From Mustelus asterias (taxonomy: Eukaryota), in contig NW_027590123.1 of the NCBI RefSeq assembly GCF_964213995.1, forward strand, positions 1,550,001 through 1,614,000: 64,000 bases of DNA, written 5' to 3'. Below are positions 36,153 through 49,490 of this stretch, piece after piece. Every line of letters begins with the position of its first letter. Position 1 is the stretch's first letter. The notes under the pieces were generated by a model. The model was not told where the DNA came from. It was given only the letters and a program-made list of their open reading frames with translations, and searched no databases. Position numbers and translations under genes: made by a program.

Positions 36153-38170
36153 TCATAGAGTAATCGAGTCAAAGTGTTTTGCAGCATGGCCATTTGGCCG
36201 AATTTGTCTACGCTGCTTTGTTTTTACCATTAACCTGGTACTAACTATCCCTCGACACCACTCTGACCCATGTAACTTTCTCAATGGTTTTTCACAGACA
36301 AAATTGTACTCGCCTCTACAACTACCTCTGGCAGTTTGGTCCAGACACTCCCCGCCCTCTCTGAGAAAAATCGACCCTCTGGACCCTTTTGTATCTCTCC
36401 CCTCTCATCTTAATCTTATGCCCTTTTCTTTCAGACTCCCCTACATTTGGAAAAATACGTTCACTACCGACACCATCTATGCCCCTCATTATTTAAGAGA
36501 CCTCTATTAGATCATCCCTGGGCGGCACAATGGCACAGTGATTGGTATTGCTGCCACATAGCGCCATGGACCTGGGTTCGATTCCCAGCTTGAGTCACTG
36601 CCTGTGTGGAATTTGCACATTCTCCCCGTGCCTGTGTGTGTTTCCTCTGGGTGCTCAGGTTTCCTCACACAGTTCAAAGATGTGCAGGTTAGGTTGATTA
36701 GACATTGTAAATTACCACTTAGCGTCAGGGGGACTAGCATGGTAAATGCTGAGGGTCACGGGAATAGGGGCTGGGTAGGATTGTGTTCGGTACAGACTCG
36801 ATGGGCAAAATGGCCTCCTGCTGCACTGTAGGGATTCTATGATATAAGCCTCCTCTGATCCAGGGAAGAAATGTCGCAGCCTATCCAGCCTCTGTTAATA
36901 ACTCAAACCATCAAGTCCCGGTAGCAACAGACTATATTTTCTTTGCATTCTTTCCAGCTTAATAATTTTTTTTCGTATAATAGGGTGACTACAATTGGAC
37001 ATCATATTACATGTGTGGCGTTGCCAATATTTCGTGCAACTTCAATGAGACGTCCCAACTTCTGCATTCAATTTTCTGACCAACGAAACCAAGAATGCCG
37101 AATGCCTTATTCATCACTCTGTCCACCTGTGACTCCACTTTCAAGGAGATATATAGCATGAGATATATTTGTTCTATGACTCTCTCAACGCCCTACAATT
37201 TACTGAATACATGCTGCACAGGTTCGATCTACGAAAATGCATCACCTCACATTTATCTAAATTAAACTCAATCTGCCATTCATCATCCCATTGGTCCAAC
37301 TGTTCAAGAGCACGTGGCAATCATAAATAACTTACATTGTCAACTGTACTACCAATTTTGCTGTCTGCTGCAAACGTACTAAATTCTCATCCAATTCATT
37401 AATATAAATGACATACGCCAGTGGACCCAGCATAGATCCGTGAGGCACAGCGTTGGTCACAGGCGTCCAGTTTGAAAAACAATCTTGTACAACCACCCTC
37501 TGCCTTCTGTCTTCAAGTTAGTTTTGTATCCAATTGGCTACCTCACCCTGCATCCATTGAGATGAAACTTTATGCACCAACCTATCATGCGGTACCCTGC
37601 CAATTGCCTTGTTAAAATCCAAATAGACATCATCGACTGCACTGCCCTCCTTCTCGATAATATGTGCACTCCACAAGACATCGATATTTATTTCCCCAAG
37701 TTCCCTAACAGCCATGCCTTTCTCAGTAGCAGATACTGATGAGAAATATTCATTTAGGATCTCAGCCATCTCTTGTGGCTCCACACATAGATGACCTTGT
37801 TGATTCTTAAGGGGCCCTATTTTCTCCCCAGTCACTCTTTTGCACGTTGTGTGTTTGTAGAAGCTCTATGTATTTCCTTGACGTTATCTGCCAAAGCAAT
37901 TTCGTGTCCCTTTTTTGTTCTCCTGATTTACCTCTTAACTTTACCCCAACACCCTCTATACAATTCAAGGGATCCAGTTGATTCCAGTTGCCTATGCTTT
38001 TTGCTTCTTGACCAGGGCCTCAAGATCCCGAGTCATCCAGGGTTCCCTATTTCTACCAGCCTTGCTCTTCACCCTGAAAGGAATGTGCTTACCCTGAACC
38101 TTTGTTAACACACTGTTTAAAGACTTCCACTTACCAGACGTCAATTTGCCTGCCAATAGACTCCCCCAAT
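36152..38170 (-). mobile_element. Decayed CR1 LINE with nested SINE
   Basis: ORF 37518..37835 IGPLK...MAEILNEYFSSV, VYLDFNKA. Confidence 0.8.
36520..36843 (+). mobile_element. Full-length V-SINE (HE1-like)
   Basis: GGCGGCACAATGGCACAGTG head, GGTTCGATTCCC, V-domain, GACTCGATGGGC..AATGGCCTCCT tail. Confidence 0.85.
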
Positions 38171-38439
38171 CTAGAGATTGATTGTGCATTTGTGGGAGAC
38201 ATTGTGCGTGAACGCGAGAGTATGTGCCAGATTGTTTTTAAGAATTGTGCGTGTGCGAGAGATTGTTTGTGAGAGAGAGTGATTGCGTGGGAGAGATATA
38301 TACGTATCATGTTAGAGGAATAGAGTGGGGGTTGTGTGTAAGAGAGATTGGTCGTGTGTATTTTGGTGGTGGGAAGTGGTTTCACTTCCAGCATCAGATT
38401 TCATACAGCCTCACTGCCACGCACCAATACGCCCACATT

Positions 38440-38612
38440 TCAGTGTTTCCTCTCACAATCCGAAAGACATGTTGATTCGGTGCATTGGCCATGCTAAATT
38501 CTCCCTCAGTGTACACAAACAGGCGCCGGAATGTGGTGACTCGGGGACTTTCACAGTAACTTCATTGTAATGTTAATATGTCTTCATGTGACAGTAATAA
38601 ATAAACTTAAAA
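38440..38612 (+). mobile_element. V-SINE 3' half
   Basis: GCATTGGCCATGCTAAATTCTCCC...AATAAATAAACTT. Confidence 0.7.
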
Positions 38613-39068
38613 CTTAAATAAACTATTCCTCCTGAGACCTGAGTCATCATAGCGAACATTGTACAGCTAACCCATTTCCCTTCGGATGATGCTTCGACGA
38701 ATTTGAACGAATTGGGAACAGGAAAAGTTGTTGACCCTGGCAATTGGCCAGTTTGAGAGCTGTCGACCTGCACAGCAGATCAAGTCGCTCCTTAAGGCTA
38801 CCTGCTAAGTTGCTGTGAAATGAAAGTGATGAAACCTCATACATAAAGTCAACCATCAACATGTATTAAGGATAAATGGAAAATTGTATCCGTGGGACAT
38901 TGAGAGAAGCCGATATTACATCTCAAATATTATACAGCCGTTAGAAGCTAATGCAAAAATAAAACTTTTGCATTAAAGAACGACACAGAAATGACGTTAC
39001 CAACGATCATTGAATAAAACAGTATAATATTTCACAGACTTATAATACCGATTCAAAACTGTCTCCAT

Positions 39069-40489
39069 TGAAACAGCACTCGCAGAAATTTCCATAATAA
39101 ATTCAGCCTGAGAGGACATGGCGTGAATGATATTTTGATTCATTGTTTAACCCTGGGATGGTGCATTTGATAAGAACATTACTTTGACTCTCAGAGTTTA
39201 CAGACATCACGTGTTGGAACATCATAATCATAACGGGACATCTAAATGCATTATCCGATCAGCAGTAGGATATCTATTGAACCCCTGATGCCCTGTGAAC
39301 TCATGGGTATATCAGACCGATTATCTCATATAACACAATGGATTGTTTACAAGCCTAGTAACAGTTCAGATTTTGATCACTACTTCTAATCCACAGCTAA
39401 TGTGGAACCACAATACATCTCAACAGCCATAAATGCGGGATCAGAATAATACAATCATCACATCTCCATATTCGCTTTTCATTGTCCTGACATGTTACAT
39501 TGTTCACTTAAGCTCTTCCAGTCCCTTTATTGCTACACAGTCGGTGGACAATACAAGCCAAAACCATCGCCTGGTGAGTTGCTGCACTAACACAATCCTC
39601 CCGTTACTCACTTATGCCTTCGGCCTGAGTAATCACATACCTCTCTGCTCCCAAATAAGTGTGGAATTAACAGATAGTCTAATCATATATTGTTAAAAAT
39701 ATATTTCTGAGCTATTTAAAGTATTGCTGGCATGGCAGAGGAACAACAGATAATTGGAAATATAAATTCAACTCGTTCCTTCGCAACTGGACATTTAAAA
39801 TAATACGAATCGGGTAATCAAGGTGAGTCAGAAAATTGCCAGGCGATTTTCACATGCAGTGCGAATGGTGAGAAGCGAACAGGCCTGAAGTTTGACCCAG
39901 ACTTCAATAATTCACAAATCAAATTATGAATTTAGCAACTCATTTTTGAGTGGTAGCAACACAATGAAGTCCCGCATTGATGTTGTTGTCATGGGAACAG
40001 CCTGGAAGAAGGATAACCCAGACTCAAAACGTTTCCTCTATTCTTTCTCAACAGATGCTGGCAGACCAGACCAGTTGAATTGGTCCATCATTTCTTGCTT
40101 TCCTCCAGACTTCAATATCTTTATTCCCGGCAAAGCAACTGAAATAATCATCCTGAACAATGGTGACGATATCAAGAAAACTGACTGCCTGCATGAAGAT
40201 GGATCCAAATATCAATTGGACTGCCACTTTGCATAAACCGTTGAAACAGCGCTAAATAAATTCACCCTGAGAGGACATAACTTGAATGATATTTTGATTC
40301 ATTGTTTCGCACTGGGATGGTGCATTTGATAAGAACATTACTTTGATTCTTAGAGTTTACAGACCTCACTTGTTGGAACGTCATCATCATAACGGGACAT
40401 CTAAATGCATTATCCAATCAGCTGTAGAATATCTATTGAATGCCTGATGCCCTGTGAACTCATGGGTAAATCAGACCGGTTATCTCATA
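39069..40489. repeat. ~250-bp direct repeat (39069-39330 / 40241-40489)
   Basis: Shared TGAATGATATTTTGATTCATTGTTT...GAACTCATGGGTA.ATCAGACCG.TTATCTCATA. Confidence 0.85.
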
Positions 40490-40579
40490 TTATCCCTGCT
40501 CGAAATCAAGTTATAAAAGGAACAAGGAACAAAATGTCTGTTCGTTTGTAGGATATGATTTGTCCTCACCTCATTGAGT

Positions 40580-40845
40580 CTTTGGATGTATGGACTGCTC
40601 AACACTCGCAGAAGTAGTGTGCTGTTCCAGACCATCTTTATTATGACTGATAGTGCACAACACGAATTGGCCAAATGGTTTTGCGAGGAGCTACAAACAG
40701 ATCTGAGCAAGTTTCCCACAAACACACTGAAGGATCCATCAACATTTCCAACATCTCACAGCACCTGCATATCGAAAGCAATTCTGTGTTCATGCATCGA
40801 TCAATATTGTCAGCTTGTTCACAAATGTACCACTCAAGGGAGTCA
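40580..40845 (+). mobile_element. Penelope-like RT remnant
   Basis: MYGL...SAQHELAKW...LKD, then IVSLFTNVPL in a shifted frame. Confidence 0.7.
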
Positions 40846-41692
40846 AAACCTTTTGCTGACATGGTGGTCTAATGAATCTTCATTAATTGAAATTAAGAAT
40901 GTAGCAAATCGTTTGTGTGAGGTAGGGACACAATTGAGACCTGAATAGATGGTGTTGCCAAAGATCATTCCAGGCTCAGCTCCTGCAAAAATCTTTATCA
41001 GTTTAAATCTCCACCCGTCAGAGTCTACTTGCCAACCAATCAACTCTATCTTCTCAAATAACCTGAAATATTGTTCTCGTGTTAGAGTTGGTCATTTCTT
41101 TAAAGGTCTCTTGCAATGCATAAGTCTAAAAGAATGGTAAAACGTTTCCTTTTCAGCAATAATCTGGAATTGAAATAATAATTTCACTGGAACAGTGTTT
41201 TTGTTCCAGTTCTATACTGCTATATAGATTCCATAATGAGGACGCAGCGCAGGAAAATGTGAAGTGCATTGGAAATTGCTGCATATATCGGAGTTTATTT
41301 TCGGTATATCTGCCAGCGCTACTTTTCACAGATCAGCAACATTAACAACATACAGCAAGGTTCAAAAGCCTCTTGCTATACTTTTTCCTGGTTCCTACTG
41401 TGATTCTGTCTGGAAAGCAATCTGCGTCTTCCCATGAAAGGGAACTGAAGGTTGAATATATTTTCAATGATTATCTCCACATTTATTCAAACCTAAAGCA
41501 AAATAACTGTAGCCATGCATGTTGGCTGCTTCAAACTATTTGTGGAGCTGCGACCATTGAGCCTGCTAGAGATCAAATATTATATGAAATGTTCCCAGTG
41601 CATTCGCAGATACAGGCTATTAAGGTTACACAGAATGCTGTCCGTAACTGCATCTCATGGACCGGGTGATAAATCAGTGAAATATAACTCAC

Positions 41693-41789
41693 CAGTGACA
41701 CCAACTACAGCGAGGAGCGGATAGTAAATTTTTTGGATATCGTAAAGTACCCATTGAATACGAAGATCAAGTGGAATAATCCATAACAT
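41693..41789 (-). CDS. GPR139-like GPCR gene 2, coding exon 1
   Basis: MLWIIPLDLRIQWVLYDIQKIYYPLLAVVGVT + G|GTGAGT phase-1 donor; homologous to gene 1 exon 1; 97+908 nt = 335 codons. Confidence 0.85.
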
Positions 41790-41878
41790 GGTGAGAGTGC
41801 CTTTGAGATTCAATGATCGCTCTTTCTACTGGTAACTGCGCTCACTGAAATATTACAACACACAATGAAATCATTCCC

Positions 41879-41902
41879 TATTTATAGAGTGAGGAATGTC
41901 CC
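41879..41902 (-). promoter_or_regulatory. NF-kB-consensus site (GGGACATTCC) plus TATAAATA upstream of GPCR gene 2
   Basis: kB-like 41893-41902, TATA 41879-41886, ~90 nt upstream of ATG. Confidence 0.55.
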
Positions 41903-42584
41903 CAGCGAAACAATTAAACTATGTGCTGACCGACATTAATAACAATCGCTGAATACACGAGATAATTCAGCATTTCTTGCGAAATGCATGTTTATTGAAA
42001 ATGCTTTGCACTCATGTTGGACGATTGCGCCAATGCCATATGAATCCAAACAATTTTTTGAAATGAAGAATATTGAATCGCACAGTTACTGATCTGAAGT
42101 GAAATAAAATCAGAATTAATATCCCTGTTGATAAATGTCAGTCTACAATTTCAAAATTTCAATCCGTGTATAAGTGTGAGTTTACTAGAGATTGTGGAAA
42201 TAATGTTGATCTATCAGTTGATACATGAGACATGTCAGAGGCAGGATGATTGCAAATATTACACTGCTGCTATTCAGCAAACTCGAGACATAAACCCTCG
42301 AAATCAAGGCACTGAACCTCACATTCATCATTGTTTTCAGGAGATTTCTTCGAAAGTAAACTAAGTCACCTCTCCAACCTGCTTTGCAAACACATCTCGA
42401 TATTCTTTGCATTATTGGTGATCAGTGGGAAAGTGCCATGTATACCAGACTCAGCATCAAATCTTCTAAACCATACATTTCTCCTTTCAGTGAGTGTGGA
42501 AGCAATTCTATCGATCCAGAGGTATTTTCGACAGCAGATTTAAGTGGGTATCATTTGACTCTCCACTGTCGACCCGTTTATTAT

Positions 42585-42870
42585 TTAACGTTTATTGATT
42601 AGTCACAAGTCGGCTTACATTAACACTGCAACGAAGTTACTGTGAAAATCCCAGAGACACCACATTGTGACGCCTGTTCGGGAACAGTGTGGGAGAGTTT
42701 AGCATGGCCAATGCACCTAACCAGCACGTCTTTCGGACTGTGGGAGGAAACCAGAGCATCCAGAGGAAAACAACCCTGACATGGGGTGAACCTGCAGACT
42801 CTGCACAGACAGTGACCCAAGCCTGGAATCGAAACCGGGTCCCTGGCTCAATGAGGCATCAATGCTAAAT
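42585..42870 (-). mobile_element. V-SINE
   Basis: Same family as 3009-3300. Confidence 0.8.
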
Positions 42871-42989
42871 ATCAGTCAAGCCTGCTTGTCTTCCGAGTAA
42901 ACAAACATCAGCAGTTTGTTTAACTGTTATCAGAATCCGAATACATTCCTAACGCTACGTCAGTTTTGCTGGACAGTGATGAAACCTGG

Positions 42990-43995
42990 GTTAATGCCAG
43001 GAATGGATGGGTTGTGTTACAACAAAATATTGCACAGTTTAGGCTTGCATCCACCGGAGTTTAAAAGAGGAAGAGGCAACTTGATTGAAACTTTTAAGAT
43101 TCTGAGAGTTCTTAATAGTGATGTGCAGCCAATGTTTCCGTTTGTTGGAGCAAGTAGAACTAAAGATTGCAGTTACATAATGAGGATTCGTGCATGTAAG
43201 ACAGACATGAGAAATTATTATTTTTCTCAGAAATTCTTGAGTCTTTGCAACTCTTCCTCAGAAGGCATTGGAAACAGAGTCTTAGTTTTTTTTAAATGCT
43301 GTGCTCCATAGTTCATTGATTAAAAAGTAGTGAAAGGTTATGTAAAGTAAGGAGGGATGTGGCATCCAAGATATTATCAAATCAGCTGCGGCCTTATTGA
43401 ATGGTGGAGCAGGCTCGAAGGGCCGAGTAACCTATCATTTCTCCTAATACGCTATGTCCCTAGGTTTAAAATTCCACAATAACATAAGTCATTTTATCAA
43501 TTCAATCAATCTGTCCTGTATAAATAAAAACGAATCAATGCTTACAAGTGACACCAGTCAAGGAAGCACTGTAAAATATGAGGAGAACCAACACAGAACT
43601 TCAGAACTGCAAAGACTAGTGGCTGGAATGGGCGGATAGTTGGAACAATGACTGAATAATTATTTTGTTCAGTGACAGTTCTCCAGATCCCTGTGGCCCA
43701 CAGTGGGGACAGCCTCAGGCTAAAGGGACGATCCTTTAAAACAGAGATGAGGAGGAATTTCTGCAGCCAGAGAGTGGCGAATCTGTGGAACTCTTTGCCG
43801 CAGAAGGCTGTGGAGGCCAGGTGATTGAGTATCTTTAAGACAGAGATAGATAGATTTTTGATTAATAAGGGGATCAGGGGTTATGGGCAAAAGGCAGGAG
43901 AATGGGGATGAGAAAAAAATCAGTCACGATTGAATGGCGGAGCAGACTCGATGGGCCGAGTGGCCTAATTCTGTTCGTATATCTTATGGTCTTAT
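42990..43995 (+). mobile_element. Two CR1 3'-end fragments (42990-43460; 43700-43995)
   Basis: MPGMDGLCY..., RRNF.SQRV.NLWNSLP, CR1 3' UTR tails. Confidence 0.75.
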
Positions 43996-44849
43996 AGACG
44001 AGCCAACTCCCCCAGATAGGTGGAAATTTAGGATTATGAACATTGAAGTCTTTAGATAATTCCTGTCATATAATCCCTCTATAAATTTTTGATCTGTTCA
44101 GTTCTTACAAGCAGGGCGGAGATTGAAGAATAACACTGCTCCATAAGTGTTAACACAATTATTGAAAACTTCCTGAGCCATCTGAGATTTATTTATCATA
44201 TGATCACTGTTTGAAGTCTTAATCAATTTGTTAAGAAAATATTTATATTGCACTTTCAATGTTCTCATCCAAAGTGCGTTGGTTGTGAAGGTTCAGCTGT
44301 CAAAAAATAATCCAAATTGTGGATAATATTCTTTGGGGACGGACATTACGACATTGACCAACACGTCCACATCTTCATCACAGCCTCGCTCTCCCTTTCT
44401 GGCCTCTGGTTCTATTCTATCTCTGCAGTGACCAATTCTCCGTCCCGATATCCAGACACGTTCTCCACCCCATGCATTTACTTCATTCATCCTTCTGTCC
44501 GCAAAAGCCATTTCACTCATTCTGCATTCACAGCCTCATCCCACGCTTAACTGTGGATGAGCCTTCTGAAAGCATGGGTGAATTCGGCAGCGTTTGTAAT
44601 ATTTTGTTTCGGGTGACCTTGATGATGTTCATCCTAAGGAGGGAAATGCTGAATTGTGGCTGTTCAGATTGGAGCGGACATCATTGAGATACCACAGCAT
44701 TTTTCATTCAGGGACAGCGGCTGGTGATCTGCAGAACTAGGTTTCAGTCAAGAACTGAAGGAAATACTGGAAGAATTGTGGCTCAAGCTGCTAAATGCAA
44801 CTTTCGGCTTTGAAGGATTGGGCAGAGTGAAGTGTGACAGTCAGTTACA

Positions 44850-45800
44850 CTCGGAGGAAAGGTCTAATTAGGGCTCATTTTGGTCAGTCCTGTATAGAGG
44901 GTGGTTAGGTGGGTTACTGCAACTAGGTTTCGGACAGAGAACTATGGAATGGAGCCCTGTGGTTAACCATGGGATAAAGAAGTGTTAGATGCGGTATTGC
45001 AATTTTGCCTGGGGAAGGGACATTTGGTTTGGGTCAGTATTTATTGGCCTGGGACAGGACTGTTGAAATTGGAATGCTTACTTTATCTCGGAACAGGGGC
45101 TACTAAGGTGATTCAGTGTGGTGCATTCAGGGCGAGGGACCGATGATGTGAGCAAGTCTAATTGAGTCAAGGGCCGAGGCAATTCAAGGGACTGTGTGTT
45201 ATAATCTAGTTCGGGGAGCGACGAGGTGGCAAAATGTGGGTCTATAATTGACAGAAATATGTGAGGTTGGATAGTAGGTTTCGGTGTCAGGATGGGATTG
45301 GTGAGATGGGACAGTGTGGTTCTGTCTAGAAAAATGTGTCGTATTGTGAGACAGGCTGGTTAAATCGGGGACAGCGACATATCAGGTGAAACATTATGGA
45401 TCAGATTGGGAAAGGGACTGATGAGACGGGACAATATTTATAAAACCAGGCCAGCTTCCCATGGGGTATTTCACATTGTGAAATGGAACAGACAGTTGGA
45501 GTAATGTGATTGATTCTAGAGCATTGACCAATGAATTGGGACAGTTTGGCATTGACTGGTGAATTCTGACAGTGTGGTGTATTTTGGGGCAGGGTAAGTG
45601 GAGTTCCGCTGGTGAAACTTGGACTAGTGCAAGGCCTGGTGAGGAGTTACCGTGTGATTCAGTGTGAGACAGGGAAGGACACTGTCAATGAATATCACTG
45701 TGTAATCTGCGAAGTGTGACATTATTGTTCAGTCCGGGATAGGGGCTGATAAATTGGGGCAGTGACGTTCAATCTGGGAATAGGAAAGATTTGCAGGGGT
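44850..45800. repeat. Highly decayed G-rich minisatellite
   Basis: Recurring GGGACAGGGACTGgTGAgaTgGGaCAGTgTG-like units. Confidence 0.45.
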
Positions 45801-46819
45801 GGATATTTGCAGGAGGGTAGAGCTTTACAGTGGAGAGTTTTGCAGTCGGTTAGTTTTCATGCACAAGTGATTATGCTTTCTCCTGAGATGGTATATTGAA
45901 ACCCTGTCTTGATAATAAGAATGTATTAACTGCAAATCATGTCATCTGAACTTTTAAAACAGGAGTTTTAACAGGTGGGGAAACTACATGTATCCTGTTG
46001 CACTGGGGAACTGCGCTGTTGTGTATGTAAACAGGATGACTGAGTGAAGCATTTTCCACTTTCAGCTGGTGAGCATTATTTTCACAGAGTTTGTTTTTGT
46101 CGCTGAATTTCCTGCTGATCTCAATCCCTGTCGTGATGGGTTCCATATTCATAACATTCTCCAGGTAAATAAATGAAATACTGCAGATCTTGAACATCTG
46201 AAATAACAACAACAGAAAACACTACAAATGCTCAGCAGATCTGGTAATGCCTGTGGAGGTAGAGAACAAAAAAACAATTTCTGATGTTGATCCTCCTCCA
46301 TTCATAAGTGAAAATATTTTTTTCTTTTTTATCCTGTCACCCATCTCACAGGCCACAATCAGATCATGTCAGCCCCCATTCCCCAAATAAAACACATTCG
46401 GGCTATAGAATCGTTCCTTGATGGCATCGCCTGCCACACTATAGCGGACGAGTTTTGAAAATATTTTGCTCAGTTTTGAACCTCTGTTGGTGCCCACGAC
46501 GCTACAGATGTCCTGCGACGCAAAGAGACCAATTCATTTTATAGAACGAAAGGGGAAGATCTGTGATTGAGAGCAAGGCATGATTAACTCACACAAGGAA
46601 TGGCGAAGAAAGCAACTTTGAGCTGGCGATGGCAGATCCCGGGTGGTTTAGTGTTTCAGAGTCAATGTTTTCAGGACCATGGCATGGGCTTGAAGGTAGG
46701 TCACAAATAGGGAACTAAACAGAACATTTTTAATGAGAAATCTGTCTGTGTGACGGACCAGAAGAAAGGCAATAGCTAAAGTAATGATGGCAAGTTGATT
46801 GGCGAAGTCATAGTCTGCT

Positions 46820-46891
46820 TCCCTGTTGATCCATTGGTTAGGATCCGGAACTTTCATCACTGTGGCTTGGATTCAATCCCTGGCCAGAGAG
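46820..46891 (+). pseudogene. tRNA-Glu(TTC) pseudogene
   Basis: TCCCTGTTGATCCATTGGTTAGGATCCGG..CTTTCA...GATTCAATCCCTGGCCAGAGAG. Confidence 0.65.
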
Positions 46892-47136
46892 TACCTATTT
46901 TGTGTTGCTGTGTGAACTGACAAATTTGAAGTGAATCCCTCATTCAGTTAAACTCGATCTGGCAGCATCCATGGAGTGGGAAACAGAGTGAATCTTCCAG
47001 CTGGATGATGCTTCATCAGAGCTGGAAAAGTCAGATATAAAACAGATGGGAAATAAGTCCTTGTCTGTGTTTCGAAGATATTATGAGAGAGTCGATGGGC
47101 TAGAAGTTCTATTCCTAACCTGTTGCGTGTTCTAGT

Positions 47137-47219
47137 AGTAGCGTGGCTGAGAAGTCTAGTGCACTAGATTCAGGCTGTAGTTTCGAAAGCAAGCGTGTGT
47201 TCACATCCCACCACTGCCC
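47137..47219 (+). pseudogene. tRNA-Leu pseudogene
   Basis: GTAGCGTGGCTGAG...GATTCAGGCT...TCCCACCACTGCC, long variable arm. Confidence 0.7.
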
Positions 47220-48504
47220 CAAGTTTCTTCTCCTTTAGCTGTTCAGTGATTGGCATCGTGGTAAGAACAAAAACCGATGGTGCGTGCTGATTTTAGGGTG
47301 AACTCGTCCGGCCGAATGTTCCTCTTTGTTGCTGTAACTGTTCTATGATTTCGTATGAGTGACACTAACTCATTAACTCGTTGACGTGCTGTCCAAGTGA
47401 TTTTGATAATGGATCTAATATCCATTGTTGTTTTCCGAGGAAGATTTGAACAGCACCCACTGGGATGCTCAGCTTCCATTCTCTTCGGTACTCCAGAATT
47501 CGTTCAATAAAATCAAAACCTTCCAAATATTCAGGCCCATTTTCCCTGCTTCAAATCCGCATTCCTTCATTTCTATTCATCAACGAGAATTTACCAAATC
47601 TCCAGCCGGAAATGGATGAAAACTGAATCCAATTTGGTGACATCTTGATTGATGGGTGTTTCCGATTCCTCGGGCCTTTGTCACTCTCGGTGTCTGCGTG
47701 TGTCCCTCTTTGTCCATCAATATGATTCAGTTCCCCGAAAGGGTGAACACATTGTTACCATCTGCATTCACTTATTTGATGAATCTTCATGGTAAATGGT
47801 ACAAAAAATCACAAGATGTTTGAAAATTGGGAGACAGATTATCACGTTCTCTTTTACTTTCGAGTGGATATTGCTTATTGGCTCAGTGCCCGTATGTTAC
47901 ACAGTGGAGGATTGTTGAAACGTTCACTGAGCAACATTTAAGCAGACAGCGGATTCACTCGGCGTGATGCTGGGTTCCAGTTCTACATATGCAATCATAC
48001 ATTCAATTTATGTCAGTTACTGTTAACCCATTTTGTCTAATAGTTTGTAATTATCCACGCCCTTGATCCCAGGGATCAACCTAGTGAACATTCCCTGTAC
48101 CATTTCCAATGAAAGGATATCCTTCTTTAAATGTGGATATTAAAACTGCACAGAATGTTCCACATGTGGTCCCCGCAAAACCTTGTACAGCTGCAGCAAC
48201 AATTCGTTATTCTTGTTCTCCAGTCTACCGGCAACAAAGGCAAAAATGTAATTCCCCCTTCCTAAATGTTTGCTGCAACTCATCGCTAGCTTTATGCATT
48301 CCATCTACAAATACACCTCGGATTATTTGAATATCAGCACCAACGTTCCCACCTTTTCAAAAATGTTCTGCTCTTTCTATGTTTACGAAAAGGTGAATGC
48401 CTATTCACTGTCCAAAATTGAACCCGCCCTTATCTGTGCATTAAAACTTGCCATATGGCCAGTCTCGCTGCCTTGTCCCTACAGATCAGATGTGTTTTAA
48501 GCTG

Positions 48505-48572
48505 AAGCTCCAGCGAGAACTCACGAGCCCAGGCTTACAAAACCAACCATCTAATCACTGAGCTATGGAACC
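48505..48572 (-). pseudogene. tRNA-Thr(TGT) pseudogene
   Basis: GGTTCCATAGCTCAGTGATTAGA...TTGTAAGCC...TCGTGAGTTC..TCGCTGGAGCT. Confidence 0.7.
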
Positions 48573-49271
48573 AATTGCCATTAAGAGCGCAGAGTGAGTG
48601 CCTCATTATCAGTGAAGTGAGGAACAGGCTGAATTTTCAGGTGGGTGATGTTTGATAGATGTGGAAATGTGAGATGGGGAGCAGAGTTAAAAGATGCAAC
48701 TTGATAGCGGCAGAGTGTGTCCTTTACTTTAACTGAAGAATGAATGCCATGGTATCCTTCTTTAGAGCTCAACTCTGAAATTTCCAGCTCTGGGACAAGT
48801 TCATCCAGCTAAAAGATTAACCGTGTTACACCCTTCACAGACACTGTGAGGCCTGTTTTCATTTAATGAAGAAATCAACAAAAAGTTATTCACTCCATGG
48901 CTGAGAATCAAATCTGCTACATGTCACTGAAGCCATACCACTATACCCCCAAGGAAGCTGATGTGAGACATTGGAAATTAGATGATCATTACCATTGTAC
49001 CTAATACTTCAAGTTAAATAACATTCATGAAAGCTTTGTCACACTGACATTTTAACATCTTATAAACAATTGCATCAAAATGCGTTATTTCCGCTTGTGT
49101 TCACGTTATTTCACTTCCTGGGACTGAGCAATTTCCATCTTCAAATTGTGTTGTTCAGTTAACCGTTTGTCATCAGTCCCGGGCTCTGGCGCTGAAACCA
49201 TTGACTCTCAAACACTGAACCACCCGGGCTCCACTATCACCTGCTCAATTTTGCCCTGTCTATCATTACTT

Positions 49272-49490
49272 GTAAGAAGTTTAACAACACCAGGTTAAAG
49301 TCCAATAAATTGAGTTTGTGACTTTATATGCTCTGTTTGTGAACAGAATTCCCACTCACCTGAAGAAGGGGCTTGGAGCTCCGAAAGCTTGTGTGGCTTT
49401 TGCTTCCAAATAAACCTGTTGGACTTTAACCTGGTGTTGTTAAACTTCTTACTGTGTTTACCCCAGTCCAACGCCGGCATCTCCACATCA
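49272..49490 (+). mobile_element. Penelope-like element 3' remnant with inverted tail
   Basis: Perfect 34-bp inverted repeat 49272-49305 / 49419-49452; absent from the paralogous site at ~57345. Confidence 0.75.
49357..49393 (+). ncRNA. Minimal type I hammerhead ribozyme motif (Penelope-associated)
   Basis: CAC-CTGAAGA-A-GGGGC-ttgga-GCTCC-GAAA-GC-TT-GTG: conserved core, stem II, palindromic AAGCTT stem III, stem I CAC/GTG. Confidence 0.65.

Noticed and set aside
38620-38775. Possible exon (VDSSQTGQLPG.. / LKLANCQGQQLF)
   Set aside because: No recognisable domain; lies within the GPCR gene 2 intron; insufficient support
44695-44735. J-segment-like FIQGQRLVI
   Set aside because: No FGxG motif, no upstream 12-RSS, no convincing donor
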